Assembly: GCA_018662305.1 (NCBI GenBank)
Contig: JABJGI010000069.1
Location: 1,358 to 65,357 of the forward strand
DNA: 64,000 bases
DNA from: Porticoccaceae bacterium
GTDB taxonomy: Bacteria > Pseudomonadota > Gammaproteobacteria > Pseudomonadales > GM7GCV1
Direction of reading: 5' to 3'
Positions within the stretch are counted from its first letter, which is position 1. The number at the start of each line of letters is the position of its first letter. Of the stretch, positions 29,256 to 40,016 are shown piece after piece. The position numbers and the translations under genes are program-made. Below the pieces are notes generated by a model. The model was not told where the DNA came from, ran no database searches, and worked only from the letters and a program-made list of their open reading frames with translations.

Positions 29256-32200
29256 ATGAAATTGTTAAAGAAAATTTTTGGAACCCAGAACGACAGAGAA
29301 TTACGTCGGCTAGGTAAAGTTGTTCAGGCTATCAACTCTCATGAGGAAGACTTTCAGAAAAAGTCTGACGAAGAATTGCGGGCCACCACTGCTGAACTCA
29401 AACAACGTGTGAGCGACGGTGAGAGTTTGGATCAAATTTTGCCGGAAGCTTTTGCCGCTGTGAGAGAAGCTTCGGTTCGATCTATTGGGTTGCGTCATTT
29501 TGACGTGCAGATGATCGGCGGCATGGCGTTGCACGAAGGCAAGATTGCTGAAATGCGCACAGGCGAGGGTAAAACCCTGGTGGCAACGCTACCTTCTTAC
29601 CTCAATGCGTTAAGCGGTCAGGGAGTGCATCTGGTAACGGTGAATGATTATTTGGCGCGTCGTGACGCGCACTGGATGGCACCGATATTTGAGCGATTGG
29701 GTGTCAGTGTTGGGGTGATTCAGTCTGCGGGTGCCTTCGGTCCAGAGAACGCTTCTTTTGTCGTTGATATCCAGCATCAGAGTGATATCGCCAATTTTGC
29801 CCATTTGCGCTCCTGCTCGCGTCAAGAGGCATACCTAGCTGATATAACCTACGGCACCAACAACGAATTTGGTTTTGACTACCTGCGCGACAATATGGTG
29901 CTGCGTCGTGAGAATCGAACGCAGCGGGGACTAGCTTTCGCCATTGTTGATGAAGTTGATTCAATTTTGATCGATGAAGCTCGAACACCCTTGGTCATTT
30001 CTGGCATGGCGGAAGATAACTCCGCTCTTGTCAGTCAGATTGGCAAGATCGTGCCTAAGTTAAAAGCACAATCGGAGCAGGAAGCGCCTCGCAACGAAGA
30101 CATTGAGGCGAGCAAGGTTTATCTGCTCGATACAGAAAAACCTGAAGATGAGCCTCTAGCCATATCTGACGCCCTTAGGCTGGCGAGAGAGCAGGACAAA
30201 GACCTGGTCCAGATTGAACTGGATGGGTTGCCCAAGTGCAAACTGTTGGAGAAAGGGCACTTCACAATAGACGAGAAAATGCGGACCGTCGATTTGACCG
30301 AAGAAGGGCATTCAGAGGTCGAAAAGCTATTGATAGACGCAAAGCTCCTTCCAGAAAACGAGAGCCTGTATCAACCAAAAAATCAGATACTGCTGCAGAC
30401 CATGCAGTCGGGACTGAGAGCTCGCCAATTGTTTCGCAAGGATGTTGAATACATTGTTGCCAATGGTGAAGTGGTACTGATTGACGAACACACCGGACGC
30501 AAGATGCCCGGTCGCCGGTTAGGTGATGGCCTGCATCAAGCCATCGAAGCCAAGGAGGGGCAAAAAATTCAGCACGAAAGCCAGACTTTGGCTTCGACAA
30601 CCTTCCAGAATTTTTTCCGACTCTATCAAAAACTGGCCGGAATGACGGGTACTGCAGACACCGAAGCCGCTGAGTTTCAGGAGATTTATGGGCTGCAGGT
30701 TCTAATACTGCCTACGAATAAGCCAACCGCCCGTAAGGATTTGAACGATCTAATCTATCTTTCAAAAGAAGAGAAATTGAATGCGGCGATTGAAGATATT
30801 AAGGAATGCCAGGCGAATTCTGCGCCTGTTCTGGTGGGCACTGCATCCATTGAGACTTCAGAAGAAATGTCTCAGCTTCTCACCAAAGCCAAAATTGAAC
30901 ATGAAGTACTAAATGCCAAACAGCATGAACGCGAGGCGCAAATTATTGCGGAAGCCGGCCGACCCGGACGGGTCACCATTGCTACCAATATGGCTGGCCG
31001 CGGCACGGATATCGTCTTAGGTGGAAATTTGGAGGCTGAACTGTCTCAGCTGGACAAGGCTTCCGAGGAAGAAGTGAAGGCCCACAAAGCGGAGTGGGAA
31101 GAGCGCCACCAAAAAGTATTGGATGCGGGTGGTTTACATATTATTAGCACCGAACGACACGAATCTCGACGAATCGATAACCAGCTTCGAGGACGAGCCG
31201 GCCGTCAGGGTGATCCTGGAGCCACCAGATTTTATCTGTCCATGGAAGATAACTTAATGCGACTTTTCGCCTCAGATCGAGTGCGCAATATGATGCAGGC
31301 GTTGGGTATGGACGAAGGCGAGGCTATTGAGCATCGTATGGTCACCGGCTCGATTGAAAAAGCTCAGCGCAAAGTAGAAGGGCGCAACTTCGATATTCGT
31401 AAGCAATTACTTGAATATGATGATGTGGCAAACGATCAGCGCCTGGTGATCTATCAGCAACGGAATGAGTTGCTAGACGAAGATGATATTTCCGATATTT
31501 TGTTGGCCATGCGGACAGACGCTATTGAAGCCGCGGTATTTTCTTATTTGCCGCCGGATGGTTTTGCCGAGCAATGGGACATGGATGGACTAGATCAGTT
31601 CCTAAATACTGAGCTGGGTATGGATATCTCCACCGCCGATTGGGTAAAGCAAGACAAGCATATGAGAGCAGAAGAGGTTTTCGTCAAAGTCTCGGAAGCT
31701 CTTGAAACTCAATACGCCGACAAACTGGCAGGCTTTAAAAAAGTATTTGAAGAAAATAGCAGTGTTGAAAATCCAGATATGGTGTTGCACCGCCTCGAGC
31801 GGGACTTGATGCTCCAGACATTGGATCGCTTATGGAAAGAGCATCTGGCCACTATGGATAGTTTGAGATCCGCTATTGGCCTTCGCGGCTATGCTGGTCG
31901 CAATCCTAAACAAGAGTATAAGAGAGAGTCCTTTGAACTCTTTCGGGATTTGCTGGAGAGAATCAAAAGTGATGTCACGCGGGTTTTGATGAGATTTCAG
32001 CTTGCCAGCCCCGAACAACTACAGGCGATGGAGCAGGCCAAGCGTCAGCAGGAAGAAGCCATACAAGCCAAGATGTCCATGCAACATGCGGAGGCCAATA
32101 GCCTGGGAGGCGATGCAAAACCCGCCGCGCGTGCCGGACTTCCGCCCGGCGCAACCCAGAGAGCTCCTCAATCTCAGGCGCAGCCCTTTACTAGAGAAGA

Positions 32201-32276
32201 GAAGAAAGTTGGGCGCAACGAACCCTGCCCCTGCGGCTCGGGCAAAAAATATAAGCAGTGCCACGGCGCTCTCTGA
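29256..32276 (+). CDS. secA: Preprotein translocase ATPase SecA (unusually long, 1006 aa)
   Basis: Walker [25 protein letters not shown], and the C-terminal zinc-binding [14 protein letters not shown]. Collinear with my memory of E. coli SecA except for discrete insertions. Confidence 0.97.
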   Translation: MKLLKKIFGTQNDRELRRLGKVVQAINSHEEDFQKKSDEELRATTAELKQRVSDGESLDQILPEAFAAVREASVRSIGLRHFDVQMIGGMALHEGKIAEMRTGEGKTLVATLPSYLNALSGQGVHLVTVNDYLARRDAHWMAPIFERLGVSVGVIQSAGAFGPENASFVVDIQHQSDIANFAHLRSCSRQEAYLADITYGTNNEFGFDYLRDNMVLRRENRTQRGLAFAIVDEVDSILIDEARTPLVISGMAEDNSALVSQIGKIVPKLKAQSEQEAPRNEDIEASKVYLLDTEKPEDEPLAISDALRLAREQDKDLVQIELDGLPKCKLLEKGHFTIDEKMRTVDLTEEGHSEVEKLLIDAKLLPENESLYQPKNQILLQTMQSGLRARQLFRKDVEYIVANGEVVLIDEHTGRKMPGRRLGDGLHQAIEAKEGQKIQHESQTLASTTFQNFFRLYQKLAGMTGTADTEAAEFQEIYGLQVLILPTNKPTARKDLNDLIYLSKEEKLNAAIEDIKECQANSAPVLVGTASIETSEEMSQLLTKAKIEHEVLNAKQHEREAQIIAEAGRPGRVTIATNMAGRGTDIVLGGNLEAELSQLDKASEEEVKAHKAEWEERHQKVLDAGGLHIISTERHESRRIDNQLRGRAGRQGDPGATRFYLSMEDNLMRLFASDRVRNMMQALGMDEGEAIEHRMVTGSIEKAQRKVEGRNFDIRKQLLEYDDVANDQRLVIYQQRNELLDEDDISDILLAMRTDAIEAAVFSYLPPDGFAEQWDMDGLDQFLNTELGMDISTADWVKQDKHMRAEEVFVKVSEALETQYADKLAGFKKVFEENSSVENPDMVLHRLERDLMLQTLDRLWKEHLATMDSLRSAIGLRGYAGRNPKQEYKRESFELFRDLLERIKSDVTRVLMRFQLASPEQLQAMEQAKRQQEEAIQAKMSMQHAEANSLGGDAKPAARAGLPPGATQRAPQSQAQPFTREEKKVGRNEPCPCGSGKKYKQCHGAL

Positions 32277-33490
32277 TGACCGAGAAAGCATTTCATCAAA
32301 TTCCAGTGGTTTTAGGGTGCCGATTGAGCAGTACAGAGGCGGGTATCCGCTATGTGGACAGGTCCGATCTGACTTTGATAGAGCTATCAGAGGGATCTGT
32401 TGTTGTCGGAGCCTTTACTCAAAATGCTTTTTGCGCTGCACCGGTACAAATCTGTAAATCGCATTTGGCCGCTGGAAATATTCGTTATCTCCTGATCAAT
32501 TCAGGAAATGCTAACGCGGGAACGGGGCAGGCGGGTTTTGACGCCGCAATGAAGACATGTGAATTGGTGGCGGAACAAACTTCAGTAAACCTCGTCCAGG
32601 TATTGCCCTTTTCAACTGGAGTGATTGGTGAGCTGTTACCTTTAGAGCCTTTTGAATCGAGTATGGCTGCCTTGGTGGAAGGGCTATCGGAAACATCCTG
32701 GAACGAAGCTGCAGCGGCGATCATGACCACGGATACTCGGCCAAAGCTGGCCAAGCGCTCAGTTCAGCTTGAGGGTGTGGATATTAATGTCACGGGAATT
32801 GCCAAGGGTGCGGGTATGTTTCACCCAAATATGGCGACAATGCTTGCCTACATTGTTACTGATGCAGCAATAACTCTCGAACTGGCCAAAGAGTGGAATT
32901 CTGAACTCTGCGAGAAAACATTTAATCGGGCAACTGTGGATGGAGATACCTCTACAAATGATTCCTGCGTTCTTGCCTGCACAGGTAAATCCGGCAGTGC
33001 AGTTATCAGCGATCCGAGATCGCCAGCAGCGCACCTACTGAAACGTTGCCTGTTTGAGGTTTATCGAGAGCTGGCGCAATCCATAGTTAAAGACGGCGAG
33101 GGCGCGACCAAATTTGTCACTATTGAAGTTGTTGGAGGTGGTTCGACCGAGGAGTGTAAGGAAGTCGCTTTTTCCGTTGCACATTCGCCTCTAGTTAAAA
33201 CTGCCTTTTTCGCCAGCGACCCCAATTGGGGGAGAATATTAATGGCCATTGGCAACGCCAAAATTCCAAATTTCAATATCGATGTTGTTGAAGTTTTTCT
33301 CGATGATGTCCCTCTGGTCGCTGATGGAGGCGTGCATCCAGACTATTCAGAAAGCCAAGGACAAGCCGTGTTTGATCAAGCGGAGTTCAAGATTCGAATC
33401 AATTTGAATCGCGGTGAAGTCGAGGAAGAGTTTTGGACCACAGACCTTTCTCATGACTATGTTCGCATTAATGCGGAATATCGCACCTAA
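32276..33490 (+). CDS. argJ: Bifunctional ornithine acetyltransferase / N-acetylglutamate synthase
   Basis: Self-processing site PNMATMLAY. ATG at 32276 shares one base with the secA TGA. The track start at 32258 would overlap secA. Confidence 0.94.
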   Translation: MTEKAFHQIPVVLGCRLSSTEAGIRYVDRSDLTLIELSEGSVVVGAFTQNAFCAAPVQICKSHLAAGNIRYLLINSGNANAGTGQAGFDAAMKTCELVAEQTSVNLVQVLPFSTGVIGELLPLEPFESSMAALVEGLSETSWNEAAAAIMTTDTRPKLAKRSVQLEGVDINVTGIAKGAGMFHPNMATMLAYIVTDAAITLELAKEWNSELCEKTFNRATVDGDTSTNDSCVLACTGKSGSAVISDPRSPAAHLLKRCLFEVYRELAQSIVKDGEGATKFVTIEVVGGGSTEECKEVAFSVAHSPLVKTAFFASDPNWGRILMAIGNAKIPNFNIDVVEVFLDDVPLVADGGVHPDYSESQGQAVFDQAEFKIRINLNRGEVEEEFWTTDLSHDYVRINAEYRT

Positions 33491-33498
33491 ACTTAGGA

Positions 33499-33900
33499 AT
33501 GCCCGATATCAACTCTCTAGAAGTTGCTGTAGCTGTAATTATGAGAGAAGGGAATGTTCTTCTTGCACGTCGTCCCGAAGGTAAGAAACACGCCGGTCTG
33601 TGGGAATTCCCTGGAGGAAAATTTGAGATTGGAGAAAGTCTCCAACAAGCCCTAAGTCGGGAGATCAAAGAAGAGCTGGGTATTAAGGTCCGTTCCTGCC
33701 AAGCATTGATGGATATAGGTCATCAGTACGAGGACTATTCTGTGATGCTAAGAGTGGCTTTAGTGACAGAGTTTTCCGGCACGGAAAGGGGGCTAGAAGG
33801 ACAGGAAATAGCCTGGGTTCCTTTGCGGGAATTAGATGATTTGCAGTTTCCTGAGGCCAATACCCCAATACTGCAAAAACTTCAAAGTCTAGATTTTTAA
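33499..33900 (+). CDS. mutT: Nudix hydrolase, MutT-like 8-oxo-dGTP diphosphatase
   Basis: 133 aa with the Nudix box GGKFEIGESLQQALSREIKEELGI. Confidence 0.88.
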   Translation: MPDINSLEVAVAVIMREGNVLLARRPEGKKHAGLWEFPGGKFEIGESLQQALSREIKEELGIKVRSCQALMDIGHQYEDYSVMLRVALVTEFSGTERGLEGQEIAWVPLRELDDLQFPEANTPILQKLQSLDF

Positions 33901-33901
33901 C

Positions 33902-34507
33902 TTAAAGTTTCGAGGTTTTTGCTAGTTCACAATAACTGATGTGCAGGGTTTCTACTTGCGCAGCCAATTCAGGTATAGAGCCACTGTTATCAATTCGGTC
34001 CTGTGCTACAGCACGTCTTTCTTCAGCCGTGGCTTGCCCCGAAATAATATCATTCACCTCTGATTCGCTTAGTTGAGATCGCGCCATTGTTCGCAGAACC
34101 TGATCTTCTCGCGGGGTTTCAACAACCAAAATACGATCGACCTTCTGTGCTTCGATATTTTCAACCAGAAGGGGGATTTCAATTACCAGGTAGGGGCTGG
34201 TCGAGCGAGACTCTAACTCTAGCTGCCGCTCTCTAATTAGAGGATGGAGCAAGTTTTCCAACCACTCTTTTTCCTTAGCATCGCCAAATATAATGTTGCG
34301 CAGCTCCGCTCGATCCAACTCACCTGATTCAAGCAGAATTTGCTCTCCGAAATGATCCGAAATTTTATTCAGGGCCGGTGTTCCAGTTTGAACGACGTCT
34401 CTGGCGAGTTGGTCAAGATCGATCACACTAACGCCTAACTTCTTGAACTCTGCAGCGGCCGTACTTTTGCCGCTGCCAATGCCTCCGGTCAGGCCTATTC
34501 TTAGCAT
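33902..34507 (-). CDS. coaE: Dephospho-CoA kinase
   Basis: 201 aa with P-loop GLTGGIGSGKST at the N-terminus. Confidence 0.94.
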   Translation of the reverse strand: MLRIGLTGGIGSGKSTAAAEFKKLGVSVIDLDQLARDVVQTGTPALNKISDHFGEQILLESGELDRAELRNIIFGDAKEKEWLENLLHPLIRERQLELESRSTSPYLVIEIPLLVENIEAQKVDRILVVETPREDQVLRTMARSQLSESEVNDIISGQATAEERRAVAQDRIDNSGSIPELAAQVETLHISYCELAKTSKL

Positions 34508-34525
34508 GATTCTAGACTTTGTGAA

Positions 34526-35386
34526 TCATATCGGCAGGATGGCGAAGACATCTGGCCCAAGGAAGAGGCAAATCCAGCCGGCAACGGCAAGGTATGGACC
34601 AAATGCAATGGGCGCGCTTTTTTTGTTTCCGCTGAAGATCATAAATAATAAGGCAAATACCAAACCCACCAGGGAGGACATCAGGATTATGGTGGGCAAA
34701 TAATTCCACCCCAACCAGGCGCCAAGGGCTGCCAAGAGTTTGAAATCACCAAACCCCATTCCTTCTTTGCCGGTTACCAGCTTAAACACCTGATAGACAG
34801 ACCACAGACTCATATAGCCAAGAATTGCTCCCCAAAGGGCGGATGGCAGGTCGGTGAATAGGCCAAAGCTATTGGCAATTAGGCCAGCCCACATTAGGGG
34901 CAGCGTAATGCTGTCGGGAAGCAGGTGCTCATCAAAATCTATACCGGTTAGCGCGATTAAGGACCAAGTCACTAACAAAGCCGCCAAGCCTTGAGATGTA
35001 GGACCAAACTTCCAAATCACAGCTAGGCTAAAGATCGCAGTAAGAAGCTCAACAATAGGATAGCGAGGGGAGATAGCCTCACCGCAGTCTTTGCATTTGC
35101 CCCTTAGCAAGATGTACCCAAAAATTGGGATATTGTGCCAAGCCCGAATTTTGTTTTTGCATTTCGGGCAGCTAGAAGCCGGCCACAGCAACGAGATACT
35201 CTTGGTCTCAGCTTCCTCAGAAGTAGGTTTTATATCAAGGTAATTCCGGCAATCCGCAGACCATTTTTGATCAAGAATCTTGGGTAGGCGGTGGATGACA
35301 ACGTTAAGGAAACTGCCAACAGTAGCACCTAAAATGAGGGAAAAGGCTAGAGTAAGCTCTAGGGGTAGTTGCATCAGTTCGTTCAA
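34526..35386 (-). CDS. pilD: Prepilin peptidase / N-methyltransferase
   Basis: 286 aa with the Cys-rich CPKCKNKI...CKDCG region, GFGDFKLLAALGAWLG and a polytopic topology. Confidence 0.95.
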   Translation of the reverse strand: MNELMQLPLELTLAFSLILGATVGSFLNVVIHRLPKILDQKWSADCRNYLDIKPTSEEAETKSISLLWPASSCPKCKNKIRAWHNIPIFGYILLRGKCKDCGEAISPRYPIVELLTAIFSLAVIWKFGPTSQGLAALLVTWSLIALTGIDFDEHLLPDSITLPLMWAGLIANSFGLFTDLPSALWGAILGYMSLWSVYQVFKLVTGKEGMGFGDFKLLAALGAWLGWNYLPTIILMSSLVGLVFALLFMIFSGNKKSAPIAFGPYLAVAGWICLFLGPDVFAILPI

Positions 35387-35410
35387 AGCTCTAGCTCTTC
35401 TGTGTTGTGT

Positions 35411-36625
35411 TTAGATTACCGCACCTAGTTGGAATATCGGTAGATACATTGCAATAAGAAGTCCGCCGACAAGTACCGCCAGCACGCACATTATCAGCGG
35501 TTCCAATAGCGCGGTAAGCTGGTCTACCAGGTTATCTACGGAGTCCTCATAATGATCTGCGACCTTTTCCAGCATTTCATCAAGCGACCCGGACTCTTCA
35601 CCGATGGTTGTCATTTGGAGCGCTAGAGGCGGGAAAAGCCCTGAGCTACTCATCGCAGCGGCAATAGGAGTGCCGCTGGTCACTTCATCACGAATAGCGG
35701 TTATGCCTCGCTCGTAAATCAAATTACCTGTCGCTTGGCTAACTGAATCCAAAGCCTCGACGAGAGGAACACCCGCGGCAAAGGTAGTTGAGAGAGTGCG
35801 AGCAAACCGAGCAATTACCCCTTCATAGACAATAGAACCAACAATGGGGATTTTTAGCGAGAGCGCATCCATTATTTCGACATATTTTTGCGACCTAATT
35901 CTAAGTTCTTTGTTTGCAAAACCTAGTCCAATTACACCTGCCAAAAAAGGTAGCCACCATTTTTGTGCTGCATCTGAAATTCCTAACACCCAGAGGGTAA
36001 AAGCCGGTAGGTCTGCACCAAAACTACCAAACACTTCAGCAAAGGTTGGCACAACTTTTACCAAGAGCAGACCAGTAACGACAAGAGCAACGACAAGAAC
36101 AGCGACAGGGTAGGTGAGGGCCTTTTTGATTTTCTTTTTTAGGGCTTCAGCCTTCTCTTTGTAGGTGGCAACTCGGTCGAGCAGGGTTTCCAGTGCACCC
36201 GACTGCTCGCCCGCTTCGATTAGACTGCAATAGAGATCATCAAATAGCCTAGGGTATTTTCTTAGTGATTGCGCGAAGGGTGTTCCAGAAGCGACGTCTT
36301 CGCCAATATCGCCAATTAGTTTCTTCATGCCTTCTTTGTCTGAACCAGCGGATACCATTTCCAGAGCTTGTACTAGGGGCACGCCCGACTTTGCCATGGT
36401 GGCCATCTGTCGCGTGAACATAGCGATTTCTTCGGGCTTTGGCGGTTTTGCTTTTCCGCCGCCAAGAAGAGGCTGAGGCTTCCTCTTGAATGAAGTGACA
36501 TTGATGCCTTGGCGTCTTAATTGGGCTTTTAGGATGGAGGGGTTATCGCCCTTTAGCTCTCCGTCGACTTTCTGGCCTTTTTTTGTGCCCTTCCAGATAT
36601 ATTCAAATTCTTTAGACTTAGCCAT
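35411..36625 (-). CDS. pilC: Type IV pilus platform protein PilC
   Basis: 404 aa with a duplicated T2SS-F domain and 3 TM segments. Position between pilB and pilD. Confidence 0.94.
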   Translation of the reverse strand: MAKSKEFEYIWKGTKKGQKVDGELKGDNPSILKAQLRRQGINVTSFKRKPQPLLGGGKAKPPKPEEIAMFTRQMATMAKSGVPLVQALEMVSAGSDKEGMKKLIGDIGEDVASGTPFAQSLRKYPRLFDDLYCSLIEAGEQSGALETLLDRVATYKEKAEALKKKIKKALTYPVAVLVVALVVTGLLLVKVVPTFAEVFGSFGADLPAFTLWVLGISDAAQKWWLPFLAGVIGLGFANKELRIRSQKYVEIMDALSLKIPIVGSIVYEGVIARFARTLSTTFAAGVPLVEALDSVSQATGNLIYERGITAIRDEVTSGTPIAAAMSSSGLFPPLALQMTTIGEESGSLDEMLEKVADHYEDSVDNLVDQLTALLEPLIMCVLAVLVGGLLIAMYLPIFQLGAVI

Positions 36626-36650
36626 CTTGTGTGCTTGTCCTTAGTGGGGT

Positions 36651-38369
36651 TTAGTCTTTGGTAACGCGATTAGCTTCTTCGAGGCTAATCAGTCCGGTAC
36701 AAGCTTTGCGAAGAGCTGAGGTGCGCAAGTCATTAAACCCCTCTTCTTTACAGGCACTGGCTATTTCCAGAGAGTTTTTCCCCTCCATAATCATGCTGGC
36801 AATTGTCGGGGTAATCTTTACCACCTCATAAATACCACACCGCCCTTTGCTGCCGCTACCGCCGCACTTCGCGCAGCCCACGGGCTTAAAGATTTCCAGC
36901 TCTTCTTTCGGAATGCCTACGTCGAGTAATCCCTCTTCCTTGAGAATATTTTCCGGAATGTCCGCTGGCTCTTTGCAGCTTGGGCAAAGTCGTCGGGCTA
37001 ACCGTTGCGCAATAATAATGCTCACTGAAGAGGCGATATTAAATGCAGGGACTCCCATGTTAATCAGACGAGTTAGCGTTTCCGGAGCACTATTGGTGTG
37101 GAGGGTAGAGAGCACCAAGTGGCCGGTTTGGGCCGCTTTAATGGCGATCTCAGCGGTCTCAAGGTCTCGAATCTCACCAACCATTACGATATCTGGATCT
37201 TGTCGAAGGAAGGATCTAAGTGCCTCTGCAAAGGTTAATCCTACGCTGGCACTTACATGAACCTGATTTATTCCTTCGAGGTTAATTTCAACAGGGTCTT
37301 CCGCAGTGGAAATATTTCTCTCAGGTGTATTTAGGATATTTAGTCCGGTGTAGAGAGAGACCGTTTTACCGGACCCGGTGGGGCCGGTAATCAAAATCAT
37401 CCCTTGCGGTTGGTGCAGAGCGTCCATAAATATGGCTTTCTGCTCCTCTTCGTATCCGAGGGCATCAATGCCTAATTGGGCCGAAGTAGGGTCGAGAATA
37501 CGTAATACGATTTTTTCGCCAAAGAGGGTGGGAAGTGTATTTACCCGAAAGTCGATGGCTTTAGTCTTAGATAGCTTTAGTTTGATTCGTCCGTCCTGGG
37601 GAACACGACGTTCAGAGATATCCATCTTCGACATTACCTTGAGTCTTGCAGCCAAGCGCCCCGAAAGGTTCGCAGGGGGGCGAATTACTTCTTGCAAGAG
37701 GCCGTCAATTCGCATGCGAACACGATAACTTTTCTCGTAGGGTTCGAAGTGAATATCAGATGCACCAGTTTTAATAGCATCGAGTAGGATCTTATTTACG
37801 AATTTGACGATAGGGGCTTCGTCAGCCCCCGCAGCACCGGCATCGTCTCCACCACCGTCCTCGTCTACCGCTTCAATATCCAGATCGCCGAGATCTGCAC
37901 CATCCTCGCCAAGAGAATCACTTATATCTTCTTCCTGTGCTTTGAAGAAGTTTTCGATGGCAACATCTAGCTTATCGATTTCTGCTATTACCGCTTCAAC
38001 CGTGAGGCCAGTTTGAAAGCGGATATCGGTAATTGCCTGATTATTTGTTGGGTCACCCAGTGCGACAAATAATCTGTTTCCTCGACGATAGAGTGGCAAC
38101 GCCTTGTGCTGCTTGACTAATTTTTGATCTACAACGTCGACAGGGCTCAACTCCAGATTGTGGGAGGAGACGTCATACACTGGAATTGCGTATTCGGAGC
38201 TAATGGCGGAAGCGAGGTTTTTTGCCTCTATAAAGCTTTCTGAAATTAGATGGTCTATAAGATCGTTGCCGGTATTGCTGCACTGCTCAACAGCAAGCTC
38301 AAGCGTATCGGCATCAATAGCGCCATCGGATATTAGCTTCTGTTCCAGTGATTTACTTAATCCAGCCAA
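36651..38369 (-). CDS. pilB: Type IV pilus assembly ATPase PilB
   Basis: 572 aa with Walker A GPTGSGKT, a tetracysteine motif CPSCK...CAKCGGSG and a GspE-N-like N-terminus. Confidence 0.95.
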   Translation of the reverse strand: MAGLSKSLEQKLISDGAIDADTLELAVEQCSNTGNDLIDHLISESFIEAKNLASAISSEYAIPVYDVSSHNLELSPVDVVDQKLVKQHKALPLYRRGNRLFVALGDPTNNQAITDIRFQTGLTVEAVIAEIDKLDVAIENFFKAQEEDISDSLGEDGADLGDLDIEAVDEDGGGDDAGAAGADEAPIVKFVNKILLDAIKTGASDIHFEPYEKSYRVRMRIDGLLQEVIRPPANLSGRLAARLKVMSKMDISERRVPQDGRIKLKLSKTKAIDFRVNTLPTLFGEKIVLRILDPTSAQLGIDALGYEEEQKAIFMDALHQPQGMILITGPTGSGKTVSLYTGLNILNTPERNISTAEDPVEINLEGINQVHVSASVGLTFAEALRSFLRQDPDIVMVGEIRDLETAEIAIKAAQTGHLVLSTLHTNSAPETLTRLINMGVPAFNIASSVSIIIAQRLARRLCPSCKEPADIPENILKEEGLLDVGIPKEELEIFKPVGCAKCGGSGSKGRCGIYEVVKITPTIASMIMEGKNSLEIASACKEEGFNDLRTSALRKACTGLISLEEANRVTKD

Positions 38370-38501
38370 AATAACTCTCCAGAGCCATTAAATTATGGGG
38401 TGGGTTTAACGAGGTTAATCTGAAGAGACAACTTTACTCGGCTTTCACTTCGGCGTAAATGGAGGGTGTTTCGCAAATATTCGACCTTATTAGCGCAAAA
38501 T

Positions 38502-38517
38502 TTGTCCCAATGGACAA
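38502..38517. promoter_or_regulatory. 16-bp inverted repeat TTGTCC-CAAT-GGACAA, candidate enhancer-binding (PilR-type) site
   Basis: Seen directly. It lies about 85-100 bp upstream of the sigma54 promoter, and a further TGTC sits at 38522-38525. Confidence 0.4.
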
Positions 38518-38599
38518 TTTTTGTCAGCAAATAGGCAGGAAATTGTGGCAAAAGTGAGAGTAAGCTCTCAAAAAAACGATTTTATTGGCAATATGCAGT

Positions 38600-38615
38600 T
38601 GGCACGATGGTTGCA
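38600..38615 (+). promoter_or_regulatory. Sigma54 (-24/-12) promoter of pilA
   Basis: TGGCAC (38600-38605), GATGG, then TTGCA (38611-38615). This is an exact match to the TGGCAC-N5-TTGCW consensus, about 60 nt upstream of the pilA ATG. Confidence 0.8.
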
Positions 38616-38676
38616 TTAATCACTGCGTTAACTCTGTTATCACCTATTTAAATTTAATTTTTGAAGGAAATTGAAA

Positions 38677-39090
38677 ATGCAAAAGTCAATCCAGAAAGGT
38701 TTTACCCTTATCGAACTGATGATCGTAGTAGCGATTATCGGTATTCTTGCCGCCGTTGCTCTGCCTCAGTACCAAAACTACGTAACTAAGTCCAAGTACG
38801 CTGAAGTTATTAGTGGTGTGAACCAATACAAAGCGGCTGTTGAAATCTGTGTACAAATTAATGGCACCTTGGCGAACTGCGATACTGAAGCGAAAATTGA
38901 GTACAACGCTCCTGTGAGCCCAAATACTGCTAGCATCGCTATTACTGCATCTACTGCAGTAATTACTGGTACTTCCAATGCCGATGTTGCAGGTGGCGCA
39001 ACCTATATCATTACGCCTACTCTCACTAATGGAGTTATTTCCTGGGCAGAGACTGGCACATGTAGTGCATATGCCGTAACCATTTGCTAA
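38677..39090 (+). CDS. pilA: Type IVa major pilin
   Basis: Leader MQKSIQKG followed by [29 protein letters not shown]-terminal Cys pair (CSAYAVTIC) is present. ATG at 38677 is preferred over the TTG at 38671. Confidence 0.94.
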   Translation: MQKSIQKGFTLIELMIVVAIIGILAAVALPQYQNYVTKSKYAEVISGVNQYKAAVEICVQINGTLANCDTEAKIEYNAPVSPNTASIAITASTAVITGTSNADVAGGATYIITPTLTNGVISWAETGTCSAYAVTIC

Positions 39091-39108
39091 TTTGAATATA
39101 CTTCAAAT

Positions 39109-39138
39109 AAAAAACCCCGGCTTGCTCGGGGTTTTTTT
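39109..39138. terminator. Bidirectional intrinsic terminator shared by convergent pilA and nadC
   Basis: AAAAAACCCCG-gcttgct-CGGGGTTTTTTT, with an A-tract on one side and a T-tract on the other. Confidence 0.85.
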
Positions 39139-39146
39139 ATGGACAA

Positions 39147-40016
39147 CTAATTTATCAGTTGAATTCGCATAGATAAATCAAGGGCTTTGACATGCTTTGT
39201 GAGCGCCCCTGATGATAGGAAGTCGATGCCCTGGAGGTTTAATGCGACTAAGTCTTCTAGTGCAATACCTCCTGAGATTTCGGTTTGCGCCTTGCCATCT
39301 ATTAAGTCCACTGCCTGCCTAAGAGTGCCCGCATCAAAGTTGTCCAACATGATTCGATCTGCACCAGCGGACAGTGCCTCTTTAACTTCTTCAAGATTTT
39401 CTGTTTCGACTTCTACAGGCAAATTAGGGTGGTCTTCTCTAGCCTTAGAAACTGCTGCGGAAATAGAGCCGCAGGCAAGAATATGGTTTTCTTTGATTAG
39501 ATATGCGTCATAAAGGCCGATACGATGATTTTGGCAACCACCAATGCGCACTGCATATTTTTGAGCCAGTCGCAGACCGGGAATGGTTTTGCGGGTATCC
39601 AGAATGGTTATATCATGATCCGCTAATGCTTCAGCGTACTTCCTAGATTCTGTCGCTGTGCCGGAAAGCAATTGCAAAAAATTTAGTGCAGTACGTTCTC
39701 CGGTAAGCAGTGTGCGTGCGCTGCCATTTAGGCGCACAAGTTGCTGATCTGCTTCAACTTCGTCGCCATCCTCAACTAACCATTCGATTTGCAGGTCGGG
39801 GTCGAGTTGAGCAAATACTTCGTTAAACCAAGGTAGCCCGCAGACCACTCCAGATTCTCTAGCGATAACATGTGCTTCTGCATCACGCGTTTCTGGAACA
39901 AGTGCGGCATTAACATCCCCACTTCGAATATCTTCTTGTAGTGCCAGCGCAACAGCCTGGCTCAAATCCACAAGGTAATCAGAAAGGTCGGCAGAAAATT
40001 GGTTTTGCGTGGGCAT
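39147..40016 (-). CDS. nadC: Nicotinate-nucleotide diphosphorylase (quinolinate phosphoribosyltransferase)
   Basis: 289 aa with full-length QPRTase resemblance (LLTGERTALNFLQLLSG, KENH, LDNF motifs). Confidence 0.93.
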   Translation of the reverse strand: MPTQNQFSADLSDYLVDLSQAVALALQEDIRSGDVNAALVPETRDAEAHVIARESGVVCGLPWFNEVFAQLDPDLQIEWLVEDGDEVEADQQLVRLNGSARTLLTGERTALNFLQLLSGTATESRKYAEALADHDITILDTRKTIPGLRLAQKYAVRIGGCQNHRIGLYDAYLIKENHILACGSISAAVSKAREDHPNLPVEVETENLEEVKEALSAGADRIMLDNFDAGTLRQAVDLIDGKAQTEISGGIALEDLVALNLQGIDFLSSGALTKHVKALDLSMRIQLIN

